This document shows, in pieces, positions 19,651 to 29,269 of a stretch of 64,000 nt of DNA. The number at the start of each line of letters is the position of its first letter. Position 1 is the stretch's first letter. The notes beneath the pieces are model-generated. The model saw nothing but the letters and a program-made list of their open reading frames with translations, had not been told where the DNA came from and searched no databases. The position numbers and the translations under genes are program-made. The DNA is from Truepera sp. (GTDB taxonomy: Bacteria > Deinococcota > Deinococci > Deinococcales > Trueperaceae): the NCBI GenBank assembly GCA_965218435.1, contig CBDCKW010000009.1, forward strand, positions 3,296,001-3,360,000, read 5' to 3'.

Positions 19651-20334
19651 CTACGCGGCTTGGACGCCTTCATAAAGGGCCCCCAGCAAGATACTTGCCG
19701 AGGTCGCGCCCGCATCTTGAAATCCGCGAGCACGTTCACCCAAACGGCTTGCCCGCCCGAGTTTGGGTACGAGTTCTTTCGTCTTTTCAACACCTTGCCA
19801 AGCTGCTTCAGTCGCGGCTTTGAGGGTAGCTGCGGCGTCAGCACCGTCACCGCCCTTAGCTTGCGCCGCCTCAGCTGCCGGAACCCAGGCGTCGATCAAG
19901 GTTTTATCGTCAAGCTTAGCCTTGCCGACCTCTTGCATGGCGTTAGCCATCGCGCTCAAGATGTCGGCCCAGATTTGGCCATCACTCAGACTTTGTTGGC
20001 CGTCCGTAGTGTCGGCAGCTGCGGCGAACGCCGCCTCGTAAAGCGGCCCGATAGACGCGCCCACTTCGTCGGCAAACGCTTCGGCCACCGCGCGAAAGGC
20101 GTCGGCCGGGGCTGGGTCTGTCAGTTCGCCCAAGCTGCGCCGCGCGGCCCGCATCCCGATCGTCATGCTGACGCCGTGGTCGCCGTCCCCGACTTCGGAG
20201 TCGAGTTCACAGAGGTAATCTTTGTTGTCCTCGAGCTTCACTGCCGCGCCCTCTAAAATCTTGACGAGCGCCGCGCCGTTTATAGCTTTGCCTGAGGTTG
20301 TCTCGGTAATCGTATTTGAGGTCTCGGTCGTCAT
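19651..20334 (-). CDS. dhaL: Dihydroxyacetone/tetrulose kinase, L subunit
   Basis: LDSEVGDGDHG, DKTLID, GRASRLGER...DAGA. Confidence 0.9.
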   Translation of the reverse strand: MTTETSNTITETTSGKAINGAALVKILEGAAVKLEDNKDYLCELDSEVGDGDHGVSMTIGMRAARRSLGELTDPAPADAFRAVAEAFADEVGASIGPLYEAAFAAAADTTDGQQSLSDGQIWADILSAMANAMQEVGKAKLDDKTLIDAWVPAAEAAQAKGGDGADAAATLKAATEAAWQGVEKTKELVPKLGRASRLGERARGFQDAGATSASILLGALYEGVQAA

Positions 20335-21348
20335 CTAAAACCCTCCCAGCATCGCGCGGTTGTGCGTAAACATCGGGCAGTAGGCGGGCGCGTCAAGCAG
20401 CTCTAAGAGCTCACCGTCTAAACGCATTAGGGTAATCGACGCCCCGGCCATCTCGAGCGAGGTGACGTACTCGCCGACGAACGAACGTCTGATGGTCACG
20501 CGCTCTGCCTCTAAAATCTGCGCGAGTTTGCGGTACATGATGTAGAGCTCTTCGTAAGGGGTCGCGCCCAAACCGTTGACGAGCACCGCCACGTCGGAGC
20601 CGGAAAAGTCCAAGTCCTTCAAGATGTAATCAGTCATCTCTTCGACCAGGTTATCGACCGGTTCGACTTTGGTACGGCGCAACCCCGGTTCACCGTGGAT
20701 GCCGAGCCCGACCTCGAGTTCCCCCTCCGGCAGCGCAAAGGTCGGTTTACCGTTGGCCGGAACCGTACACGCCGAGAGCGCGACGCCCATCGTCCGGGTG
20801 TTGTCGTTGGCTTTTTCGGCTGCCATTTTGACCGCGGCGAGGTCCGCCATCGTCTCGGCTTTGGCCGCCGCCGCCTTAAAGACGAAAAAGTCTCCGGCAA
20901 TACCGCGCCGCCGGTCTTTTTCCTCATTTGGCGCTGAGGCGACGTCGTCGGTCACTAGGACCGTTTCAACCGGAATGCCCTGCTCGCCAGCTTGCGCCGC
21001 CGCCCGGTCGAAGTTCATCACGTCGCCTGCGTAGTTGCCGTAGCTGTACAGAACACCTGCGCCGCCGCTTGCGGCAAGCGTAGCCTCGAGCACCGGTTTC
21101 GCGGGCGGTGAAGCGAAGATATTCCCGATCGGGGCGGCGTCTGCCGCACCTTTGCCGACGTACCCGGCAAAAGCGGGCAGATGGCCCGAGCCGCCGCCGA
21201 CCACCACGCCGACCTTGCCGGGGGTGGGACCGTCTTTGCGGCCGACCGCGCGTTTGCCCACACGTTTTACGGTATCGGCGTGCGCCAAGAGAAAACCCTC
21301 GAGGCTCTCCTCGACAAAATCAAACGGATCGTTGATCAGTTTTTTCAT
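20335..21348 (-). CDS. dhaK: Dihydroxyacetone/tetrulose kinase, K subunit
   Basis: GGGSGHLP, NYAGDVMNF, GLGIHGEPG, TSLEMAG. Confidence 0.9.
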   Translation of the reverse strand: MKKLINDPFDFVEESLEGFLLAHADTVKRVGKRAVGRKDGPTPGKVGVVVGGGSGHLPAFAGYVGKGAADAAPIGNIFASPPAKPVLEATLAASGGAGVLYSYGNYAGDVMNFDRAAAQAGEQGIPVETVLVTDDVASAPNEEKDRRRGIAGDFFVFKAAAAKAETMADLAAVKMAAEKANDNTRTMGVALSACTVPANGKPTFALPEGELEVGLGIHGEPGLRRTKVEPVDNLVEEMTDYILKDLDFSGSDVAVLVNGLGATPYEELYIMYRKLAQILEAERVTIRRSFVGEYVTSLEMAGASITLMRLDGELLELLDAPAYCPMFTHNRAMLGGF

Positions 21349-21394
21349 CGCTCAGACCCTATGTCTGAGTTTTCTATGTCTGAGTTGATAGAAA

Positions 21395-21886
21395 CTAGCA
21401 CCCGCTACCTACCTTCGCTTCGGTTTCGCGGCGTTCACTCCGGTCAATCTCTTCCATCTTGGTGACCTTACGGCTCGAGTTGCCGCCTTCAAATTCGGAC
21501 TCGAGCCACGCCCCGACGATCTCTTTAGCGAGTTCAGCGCCGATGACCCGCGCCCCGAGCGTGACGATCTGCGCGTTGTTGCTTTTACGCGCCCGCTGCG
21601 CCGAGTAGGTATCGTGTGCCTGCGCCGCCCGCACGCCCGCGACTTTGTTGGCTGTAATCGCCATCCCGATGCCGGTACCACAGATCAAGATGCCGCGTTC
21701 ACTCCGCCCCTCGGCGATGGCTTTGGCAAGGCGGTAGGCTACATCGGGATAGTCGTCTTCAGGGCCGGGGCTATAGTCTTTGACGCTCACGCCGCGCCCC
21801 TTGAGGTAACCCTTAAGCTCGTCTTTTAAGACGTTACCGGCGTCGTCACAACCCAACAACACGGTCTGTTTGGTCAGCTGGCTCAT
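21395..21886 (-). CDS. RpiB-family isomerase (DerI-like, erythrulose-4-P/ribose-5-P)
   Basis: ICGTGIGMAITANKVAGVRAA; HDTYSAQRARKSNNAQI. Confidence 0.87.
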   Translation of the reverse strand: MSQLTKQTVLLGCDDAGNVLKDELKGYLKGRGVSVKDYSPGPEDDYPDVAYRLAKAIAEGRSERGILICGTGIGMAITANKVAGVRAAQAHDTYSAQRARKSNNAQIVTLGARVIGAELAKEIVGAWLESEFEGGNSSRKVTKMEEIDRSERRETEAKVGSGC

Positions 21887-22998
21887 CAGGGAATCAACAA
21901 AATCTTGAGTGAGCTGTCACCTTTAGCCATCAGGTCAAAACCTTCTTGATATTTCTCGAGCGGCAGTTGATGTGTGACCACCCCTTCGGTCAGCAGACGC
22001 CCGTCGGCAATCGCTTCAATCGTAAACGGATAGCAGTACGGCCCCAGGTGCGACCCGAGCAGGTCGAGCTCTTTACGGTCGGAGATAATGCTCCAGTCTA
22101 CCGTGACATCTTTCGAGAAAACGCTGAACTCGACGAAACGGCCGAGTTTGCGGATCATTTGCAACCCTTGTTCGACGCCGACCGGACTGCCCGTCGCTTC
22201 GATATACACGTCGCAACCGTACCCGCCGGTCAGGTCTTTGACGATTTTTACGGCGTCTTCCTCGAGCGGGTCGATCACCATATCCGCGCCGAACTTTTTA
22301 GCGAGCTCTAAGCGTTCGGGTTTGGTATCTAAGACGATCAGCTTGCTGGGGTTTTTCAGCCGCGCCGCCCCGACCATTCCGAGTCCGAGCGTTCCAGCAC
22401 CAGCTAACACCACCACGTCGCGGAGCTGAATGTTGCCCCGGTTGACCGCGTGCACCGAGCACGCGTAAGGCTCGACCAAGATGGCTTTCTCAATCGGCAG
22501 GTCACTCGGAATATGGTAGTTGAGCGCCTCTTTGGGAAAGCGCATATATTCGGCCATGCCGCCGTTGACGTTATTTTGAAAGCCGTAGACGTCGTGCTTC
22601 TCGCACATCCAGTATTCGCCCTCGTCGCAAAAGCGGCAGTTCCAGCAAGGGACGATCTGCTCACTGATCAGCCGGTCGCCGACCTTAAACTCACCTTTGG
22701 CGAGGACGTTTTCACCGACTTCGACGGCGACGCCGATAAATTCGTGGCCGGGGATCATCGGCGCTTTGATGTAGGCGGGTTGACCTTTGCCGCCCCAGAA
22801 CGACACCGCGCCGTCACACGCTTTGATGTCGCCCGCGCAGATGCCGCACGCCTCGACCTTGACGATGATGTCGTCAGGTCCGGCGCGGGGCGTTTCGACC
22901 TCTTCAAAACGGTAGTCGCCGGGGGCGTAGGCGACCACGGCGCGCATGGTTTTCGGTAAGGTTTCAGCTTGTTTTTCGGGGGCTAGTGTGTCAGCCAT
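21886..22998 (-). CDS. eltD: Erythritol/L-threitol dehydrogenase (EltD-like)
   Basis: FWGG, IPGHEF, ISEQIVPCW, VTVDWSIISDRKELDLLGSHLGPYC, as recalled for EltD. Confidence 0.8.
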   Translation of the reverse strand: MADTLAPEKQAETLPKTMRAVVAYAPGDYRFEEVETPRAGPDDIIVKVEACGICAGDIKACDGAVSFWGGKGQPAYIKAPMIPGHEFIGVAVEVGENVLAKGEFKVGDRLISEQIVPCWNCRFCDEGEYWMCEKHDVYGFQNNVNGGMAEYMRFPKEALNYHIPSDLPIEKAILVEPYACSVHAVNRGNIQLRDVVVLAGAGTLGLGMVGAARLKNPSKLIVLDTKPERLELAKKFGADMVIDPLEEDAVKIVKDLTGGYGCDVYIEATGSPVGVEQGLQMIRKLGRFVEFSVFSKDVTVDWSIISDRKELDLLGSHLGPYCYPFTIEAIADGRLLTEGVVTHQLPLEKYQEGFDLMAKGDSSLKILLIP

Positions 22999-23021
22999 GA
23001 TGGGTCTCGCTTTCTATAGAA

Positions 23022-24215
23022 TTAGATGGTGTGGGTTGAAACGGCTGTTTTGCTCGTGCTGCGCTTGCCTTCTGAACGTTTGGACGTCATGGCGTCGGGC
23101 GCAGCCCCACTCGTCCGGTTAGCGACGGGGATACGGACGCCGGTTTCAGTATCGAACAGCAGCGTGTGCGCGAGGTCGAACTCGAGGTAAACCCGCTCAC
23201 CTTCCCGTAAGCTCCGGGTAATCGGCAGCGTGACGGTCAGTTCCATCTCGCCGTAACGCACCAAGAGCCGTGTTTCGTCGCCCAAGTGCTCCGCGACCGC
23301 GATCTCGCCGGGAATGCTGCCGGGCTGCTCACGGCGGTGAACCGCGATACGGTGCGTGCGAATCCCAAGTTTAACTTTACGGCGCTCGCCCAACGCGTCT
23401 AGTATCTCGGTGCCGACCGGTAGGGCGAACTCCGTACCGGGCAAGCGCAGCGTAGGCGACTCGCCTCGGCTCAGCTCGACCGTAAAGATGTTCATCGGCG
23501 GCTCGCCGATAAAGCCTGCGACAAATTCGTTGGCGGGGTAGTTGTAGACCTCATAAGGGGTCCCGTACTGCTGTAACACACCCAGATCTAAAATCGCAAT
23601 CCGGTCGGCCATCGCCATCGCCTCTAACTGGTCGTGAGTGACGAGCACGGTCGTTGCGCCGACCTCGACGTGGAGGCGTTTGAGTTCGGTACGCATCCGG
23701 AGCCTAGCGCGGGCGTCCAGGTGGCTGAGCGGCTCGTCTAGTAGCAGCAAGGTGGGTTCACGGACCAGGGCGCGGGCGATATTGACGCGCTGTTTTTGAC
23801 CGCCGCTTAAACCCCCCGGTTTGCTGTCTAAGATGTCGGTAATCCCGAGCAGGTGAGAGATACGTTCGATCTTTTTCTTTTGGGTGGCGCGGTCGAGATT
23901 TTTTGCCTTGAGGTTAAAGGCCAAGTTATTGTAGATCGTCAGCGGCGGGTAAAGCGCGTAGTTTTCAAACGCCAGCCCAACGCCGCGATCTTTCGGCGCA
24001 ACACGGTTCATCACCTGGTCGCCGATCAAAAGCTCGCCCGAGGTGATGTCTTCTAAACCGGCAATCATCCGCAAGGTTGACGATTTGCCGCACCCCGACG
24101 GGCCTAAGAGCGCGATAAACTCACCGTCTTCGGACTCTAAGTTGAGGTTATTGAGGGCCGGTTCATGGCCCTTTTCGTAGATTTTGGTAAAGTTCTCGAG
24201 CTTAAGTCTAGCCAC
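23022..24215 (-). CDS. Sugar ABC transporter ATPase
   Basis: GPSGCGKS, LSGGQKQR, LLDEPLSHLD. Confidence 0.92.
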   Translation of the reverse strand: MARLKLENFTKIYEKGHEPALNNLNLESEDGEFIALLGPSGCGKSSTLRMIAGLEDITSGELLIGDQVMNRVAPKDRGVGLAFENYALYPPLTIYNNLAFNLKAKNLDRATQKKKIERISHLLGITDILDSKPGGLSGGQKQRVNIARALVREPTLLLLDEPLSHLDARARLRMRTELKRLHVEVGATTVLVTHDQLEAMAMADRIAILDLGVLQQYGTPYEVYNYPANEFVAGFIGEPPMNIFTVELSRGESPTLRLPGTEFALPVGTEILDALGERRKVKLGIRTHRIAVHRREQPGSIPGEIAVAEHLGDETRLLVRYGEMELTVTLPITRSLREGERVYLEFDLAHTLLFDTETGVRIPVANRTSGAAPDAMTSKRSEGKRSTSKTAVSTHTI

Positions 24216-25353
24216 GTAAAACCCCTTTCCCCTCATCGGCTTCGCGTACGGCGGCTCGAGCTAAAAACTGCCCGCTCCCCTTATCGAAGAAGATCAGGTT
24301 GTCCGGTTTGACCGTAAAGCTGACCGTCTGGTCCATCTTCGGCTGAACTTCAGCGTCAACAAGGGCGCGAACCACCGTGTCTTGCAGCGTTTTAATGATC
24401 AGGATCGCTTTGGCCCCGAGCGGTTCGTAGCTGTAGACCGTTCCCCTTACCCCTTCGTGTTGTCCCAAGCGAACCTGCAGGTCGGCGGGTCGAAACCCGA
24501 GCAACAGGTCTTCGTGACCTAAAAGCTCATCAACGACCTCGGGCGGTACCTCGAATCCGAACTGCCCCCCTTCGACCACAGCCTGCGTCTGCCCGTCACG
24601 CCCGGAATGGAGCGTTGCGCTGAGCATATTGATCTCCGGGTCGCCGAAGCCCTGCGCCACCTCGACACTTTGCGGGCGCAAGTAAACTTCGTCGGGCGTC
24701 CCGATCTGCAGCACCCGGCCTTCGTCCAGCACGATGATGCGGTCGCCCAAGCTGAGCGCCTCTAAGTAGTCATGCGTGACGTAAAGGGTGGTGGTGTCGA
24801 GTTCGCTCTGGACGAGTTTAAGCTCGGTGCGCATCTGATTGCGCAGCTTCGCGTCCAGGTGACTGAGCGGCTCGTCCATCAAGAAAACGGCGGGTTTGCG
24901 GACCAGGGCGCGGCCCAGGGCGACGCGCTGGCGCTGCCCGTTGCTGAGCGCGGTGATCGCCCTATCTAACAGATGGTCAATTTTAAGCGTCGCACCCACC
25001 TGCGTCACGCGCTTGTTGATTTCGGCTTCGTTCAGGTTGGATTTGGGACCACGAAGCGGAAAGGCCATGTTTTCAAACGCGGTCATCTGCGGGTAGAGCG
25101 CGTAGTTTTCAAACACCATCGCAATGTTGCGTTCGCTGGGCTCGAGCGTATTGGCTACTCGCTCTTGGAGCCAGACCTTACCCGCGTCGGGGGTAGCGAT
25201 CCCGGCGATCAAGTTAAGCGTCGTGGTTTTGCCCGCCCCGGCGGAGCCGAAGATCACCACGAACTCTTTTTCCCTAAGCTCGAAACTTACGTTATCGACG
25301 GCGGCGGTTTTGCCGTAGCGTTTACTGATATTTTCCAGCCGTAAAGGAACCAT
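24208..25353 (-). CDS. Sugar ABC transporter ATPase (second, variant signature)
   Basis: GSAGAGKT, LSNGQRQR, MDEPLSHLD. Confidence 0.92.
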   Translation of the reverse strand: MVPLRLENISKRYGKTAAVDNVSFELREKEFVVIFGSAGAGKTTTLNLIAGIATPDAGKVWLQERVANTLEPSERNIAMVFENYALYPQMTAFENMAFPLRGPKSNLNEAEINKRVTQVGATLKIDHLLDRAITALSNGQRQRVALGRALVRKPAVFLMDEPLSHLDAKLRNQMRTELKLVQSELDTTTLYVTHDYLEALSLGDRIIVLDEGRVLQIGTPDEVYLRPQSVEVAQGFGDPEINMLSATLHSGRDGQTQAVVEGGQFGFEVPPEVVDELLGHEDLLLGFRPADLQVRLGQHEGVRGTVYSYEPLGAKAILIIKTLQDTVVRALVDAEVQPKMDQTVSFTVKPDNLIFFDKGSGQFLARAAVREADEGKGVLRG

Positions 25354-25354
25354 C

Positions 25355-26191
25355 TTAACCCTTCACCGCGCCGAACGAAAGACCCCGGACCAAGTGCCGC
25401 TGAATCGCCAAGGCCAGGAGCACGACCGGTAGCGCGGTAATCGTCGCAGCAGCGGCCAGCTGACCGTAACGCACGCTGTCCGAGCCGATAAACCGCAAGA
25501 TGACGACCGTCGAAGTCTGTGCGTGGTTGCCCGACAACAGGAGCGGAAAGGTAAAGTTGTTCCACGAAAAGATAAACGCCAAGAGTCCGGCGGCGGCCAA
25601 GCCGGGGCGCACGAGCGGGAGCAAGACCTTGAGAAAAACCTGCCACCACGAATAGCCGTCGAGCTGAGCGGCGTACTCGAGCTCGGGCGAAATATCTTCA
25701 AAGTAGCCGCGTACCACCCAGATCAAGAGCGGCAACGCGATCAGCTGATAGACCCAGATCAGTCCGAAGTAGGTGTCTAACAGCCCGATCCGCTGATAAA
25801 TCAAAAAAAGCGGCAAAATCACGAACAGCTCCGGCGCAAAACGAAAGGAGAGCATCGTAAAAGCCAAGTCTTCGCGTCCGGGAAACTTAAAACGGGCCAG
25901 CGCGTAGGCGGCGGGGACACCGACGATCAGCGCGAGCACCACCGCGCCCGTACTGACGATCAGGTTGTTGAGAAAGTACTGCAGGTAGTCCGAGCGCAGA
26001 AAAATCTCCGCGTAGTTCTGCCAGGTCGGATTAAACCTAAACATCGTGGTGAGCATCTGATTATCGGGTTTGAACGACAAAATGAGCATCCACAACAGTG
26101 GGAACAGCGCAAAGAGCGCGTAAAGCGTCAGCGCCAGGTTGCGCAAAACGGCCAGGAAGATACTTTTTCCAGTAGTGGTTTCTGTCATCAT
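25355..26191 (-). CDS. Carbohydrate ABC permease (MalG-like)
   Basis: PAAYALAR, ELEYAAQLDG (EAA loop). Confidence 0.92.
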   Translation of the reverse strand: MMTETTTGKSIFLAVLRNLALTLYALFALFPLLWMLILSFKPDNQMLTTMFRFNPTWQNYAEIFLRSDYLQYFLNNLIVSTGAVVLALIVGVPAAYALARFKFPGREDLAFTMLSFRFAPELFVILPLFLIYQRIGLLDTYFGLIWVYQLIALPLLIWVVRGYFEDISPELEYAAQLDGYSWWQVFLKVLLPLVRPGLAAAGLLAFIFSWNNFTFPLLLSGNHAQTSTVVILRFIGSDSVRYGQLAAAATITALPVVLLALAIQRHLVRGLSFGAVKG

Positions 26192-26198
26192 GCCCTCC

Positions 26199-27143
26199 CT
26201 AAAGTCCGGCTGCGCGCCGCTGCGCTGCGCCCCAGACTCTGACTAAAACCCAGCTCGCGGCAAAGACGATCACCCATAAGACCATCATCAGCGGGATACT
26301 TTGCCCTAAGTTGTTGTATAAAAAGCCGGTGTTATAGGCGTTTAGCGACAAGCTCAGGAGCGTATCTCCCGGCCCGCCCTTGGTCGCCGCGAAGATGATG
26401 CTAAATTCTTGCAGCGAGACCATCAAGCGGAAGATCAGCGCAATCAAGAGGTGCGGGGTAATCATCGGCAGGGTCAGGGTGCGAAAGGTAAACCACGCCG
26501 AGCCGCCGTCGAGCTGTGCGGCCTCATAAGGAGCTTTGGGGAGCGACTTGAGCCCGGCCAGGGCCAAGACCATGACAAACGGCGTGTAGACCCAAACGTC
26601 GATCATGACCACCGTAAACATCGCGCTGCTAGACGCCGCCGCCCAGCGAAACCCGCCGAGCCCGACCGCGTTCATGAGCGGGGCCAAGACGCCGACCGAC
26701 GGGTTGGTCATCAGCTGCCAGATCAGCGTTGCGACCACCGGCGCGATCATCAGCGGGAAGATCAGCAGCACCCGCAAGATTTTGGCGTACCGCGATTCGT
26801 TATTTAGCAGCATCGCCACGCCGAGCCCTAAGAGCATCGCCACGCCCGTGGACCAGAGCGCGTACTGCAGCGTGACACTGACCGAGTGCCAAAACGACCG
26901 ACTGGTGAACATCTCGCGGTAGTTCTCGAGGCCCACAAACGCGTAGTCGGGGAAACGAAAGGAAAAGTTCGTTAAGGACAGGTAGATCGCGTAAACGAAG
27001 GGGACCAAAATACCTGCGGTCAAGAGAAATGCCGGGGTCAAAATAAGATAGGGGCGGGCACGCTGGCTCCACGTTGGTTTAACGACGTCGGCTTGACTGG
27101 GCCGGGTTTGCGCGGGTTGTTGGCCTTGGGCAGGAAGTGCCAT
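26199..27143 (-). CDS. Carbohydrate ABC permease (MalF-like)
   Basis: DVWVYTPF, PYEAAQLDG; ATG 27143 behind AAAGGA. Confidence 0.9.
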   Translation of the reverse strand: MALPAQGQQPAQTRPSQADVVKPTWSQRARPYLILTPAFLLTAGILVPFVYAIYLSLTNFSFRFPDYAFVGLENYREMFTSRSFWHSVSVTLQYALWSTGVAMLLGLGVAMLLNNESRYAKILRVLLIFPLMIAPVVATLIWQLMTNPSVGVLAPLMNAVGLGGFRWAAASSSAMFTVVMIDVWVYTPFVMVLALAGLKSLPKAPYEAAQLDGGSAWFTFRTLTLPMITPHLLIALIFRLMVSLQEFSIIFAATKGGPGDTLLSLSLNAYNTGFLYNNLGQSIPLMMVLWVIVFAASWVLVRVWGAAQRRAAGL

Positions 27144-27358
27144 AGTAAATCCTTTTCTGGTATAGCAGGTATACCCTGGAGGGCACGCGTCAGCTGGTTT
27201 AAGCCTTCTCACAAGGTAGAACATTAGGCAACACGTATATTCTGAGATGAACCTGCAGCAGCTAGCTTTGCGAGCTGAGAGCTGCGGGAACCCAGCTCAG
27301 TTTGATGAAAACCACGGTACTTTAACGCCGTACTTTACTCTCGCCGGAGTTAGCTAAG

Positions 27359-27398
27359 GCGCAGCGGGTGAGACTTCAACAAAGTCTCACCCGTGCGC
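27359..27398 (-). terminator. Strong hairpin after the binding-protein gene (mRNA stabiliser or attenuator)
   Basis: GCGCAgCGGGTGAGACTT-caaca-AAGTCTCACCCGTGCGC; no U tract on the coding strand. Confidence 0.6.
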
Positions 27399-27423
27399 TT
27401 AAAAAGTTAGCGGCAGGTCGCGC

Positions 27424-28791
27424 CTACTGAGCCCTGACGCGGCTCACGGTCTGGGTGATGCCGTCGGCCAAGTTTTTCATCGTTGATTCGGCGTCACTGC
27501 CTTGTTCAACGATCTCTTGGAGCGCCGCGGCCCACTCGGTGGTGGTCTCGAAGAAGAAGGGTTGCGGCGTAAACTCGATCTTCGCTTCCGGCACGACGGT
27601 GTTGAGGGTGTCGTTATAACCCGAGGCGCTCTTGATGCGGTCGATAAACGCGGGGTCTTGGCGTACCGAATCACGGGCCGGGTTGACCACGCTCGCATTG
27701 ACTGCGCCCCAGAGCATATGCTCCTTGCCGGTAAAGTACTGGATAAACAGCCAAGCTGCATCTTTTTTCGTTGAGCTGCTGTTCATCCCTAAAGACCAAA
27801 TCCACAAGTTCGAGCTGATCGGGTCACCCGCGGCGGCGGCAGGGGGCGGCGCAAAGGCGATGTTGCCGCTCTGCGCCGAAGCACCTTCGACGTTGGCGAA
27901 GTAGCCGACGATATCGGCGTCAAACATCATCGCCGCTTTGCCTGCGCCCAGGTCAGCCGAGCACTGCGACCAGGTGTAACTCGACCAAGCGGGCGGGCCG
28001 CCGTCTTGGATGATCTTGGCCCACTCTTGGGTGGTGCTGATCGCTTCGGGAGAAGCCAAGGCCGAGACGAGCTTGCCGTCTTCGACGGTAAAGTCTTTGG
28101 CACCGGCGCTGGTAAAGGCGGTCATATAACCGGGGTGAATCGTGGCCCATGAGCGCGTTCCGCGGACACACACGCCGTAAGAACCGGCTCCGTTCCAGCC
28201 CTTAAGGTCGCTGGCCAGCTGGTCAAGCTCGGCCAAAGTTTTGGGCGGGGTCAGCCCCTTGTCCTTAAAGAGCGATTTGTTATACGACAGCGTGTAGGCT
28301 TCAAAGCCGAGCGGGAGCGTGTACTGCTCACCCGTACCGACCGGATCGCCGACGTTTAAGCTCCAGCGTCCGCCCGCTAAAACGCCCTGAGAGATGTCTT
28401 CAACGTCGTAGTCGGGGCTGGTTTTGCTGGGGTCGTTTAAGTAAGCGTCAAGCGGTTCCATGTAGCCAGACGAGGCGTAGTCCCACATCTGGTAGATGCC
28501 GGTCATAAAGACGTCGGGGTTACCCGAGCGGGCAAACAAGTTGGTCGTGATGCGGTCAAAGTAGTTGTCTTCGGGGGTGACGTTATACGACACGTTGATG
28601 CCGGTAAGTTCTTTGAACTGCGGCAGCCGCGCGATGATCGCGTCGGAGTAGGGGTGCTGATTGAGTTCGACGTTGAGGGTCGTCCCTTCAGCTTGACGCC
28701 AATCAAATGTTTGTGCTGTTGCAAGTGCGCCGCCGCTACAAAGTAACGCGAGCGTACAGACGAGACCTGAACTTTTTCTAGTAGTGCGCAT
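27424..28791 (-). CDS. Sugar/polyol ABC substrate-binding protein
   Basis: Signal peptide, FDWRQAEGTTL, SBP_bac_1-like; AAGGAG RBS. Confidence 0.9.
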   Translation of the reverse strand: MRTTRKSSGLVCTLALLCSGGALATAQTFDWRQAEGTTLNVELNQHPYSDAIIARLPQFKELTGINVSYNVTPEDNYFDRITTNLFARSGNPDVFMTGIYQMWDYASSGYMEPLDAYLNDPSKTSPDYDVEDISQGVLAGGRWSLNVGDPVGTGEQYTLPLGFEAYTLSYNKSLFKDKGLTPPKTLAELDQLASDLKGWNGAGSYGVCVRGTRSWATIHPGYMTAFTSAGAKDFTVEDGKLVSALASPEAISTTQEWAKIIQDGGPPAWSSYTWSQCSADLGAGKAAMMFDADIVGYFANVEGASAQSGNIAFAPPPAAAAGDPISSNLWIWSLGMNSSSTKKDAAWLFIQYFTGKEHMLWGAVNASVVNPARDSVRQDPAFIDRIKSASGYNDTLNTVVPEAKIEFTPQPFFFETTTEWAAALQEIVEQGSDAESTMKNLADGITQTVSRVRAQ

Positions 28792-28931
28792 AAAGTGTAT
28801 TTATCTCCTTTAATCTACAATGTGTTACTAACTGGGTGTTACTAACTGAACCAGCGCAGAAAAGACAAAACTCCTTTCCAGCGTCTAGTTGCCTGCTCAA
28901 CAAACAGGGTGCCCGGAGGCAAGTCGTGTGT

Positions 28932-29022
28932 TTAACAATTGCTAGACGCGCTTGTCATTTGTAAATTGGCTTAAGCGTACCGGTAAATATAGAAAATGTC
29001 AAGTGGTCTAGACATATGACAA
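28932..29022 (-). promoter_or_regulatory. Operon promoter flanked by four candidate SorC-family operator sites
   Basis: Minus strand TTGACA(29002-28997)-N17-TACGCT(28979-28974); 14-bp quasi-palindromes at 28932, 28952, 28989 and 29009. Confidence 0.65.
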
Positions 29023-29269
29023 GGTAGAACCTTAGAATCACCGGGCACAGGCACTTGGTAGCCGCAAGTTGTAGTTACACGGTTGTAGTCGAATGTTGTA
29101 GTCATCAGTTAAGGTGGCGGTTCGGGCTGTAAGGAGTCGGTTTCAGGTTTCTACCAAGTTTCTACCAGGTGTGCCCCGAGTGAACAGCGCGTAACAGCAC
29201 AGGTGACAACGACAATTAACAGTGCAGCAAAGCCGGGTAAGGTATCGTGCAGGCTGGGGAGCGTTATCA

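Noticed and set aside
29068..29167. Short repeats as a possible CRISPR or iteron array
   Set aside because: Units are 8-10 bp with only 2-3 copies, no spacers and no cas or rep genes.
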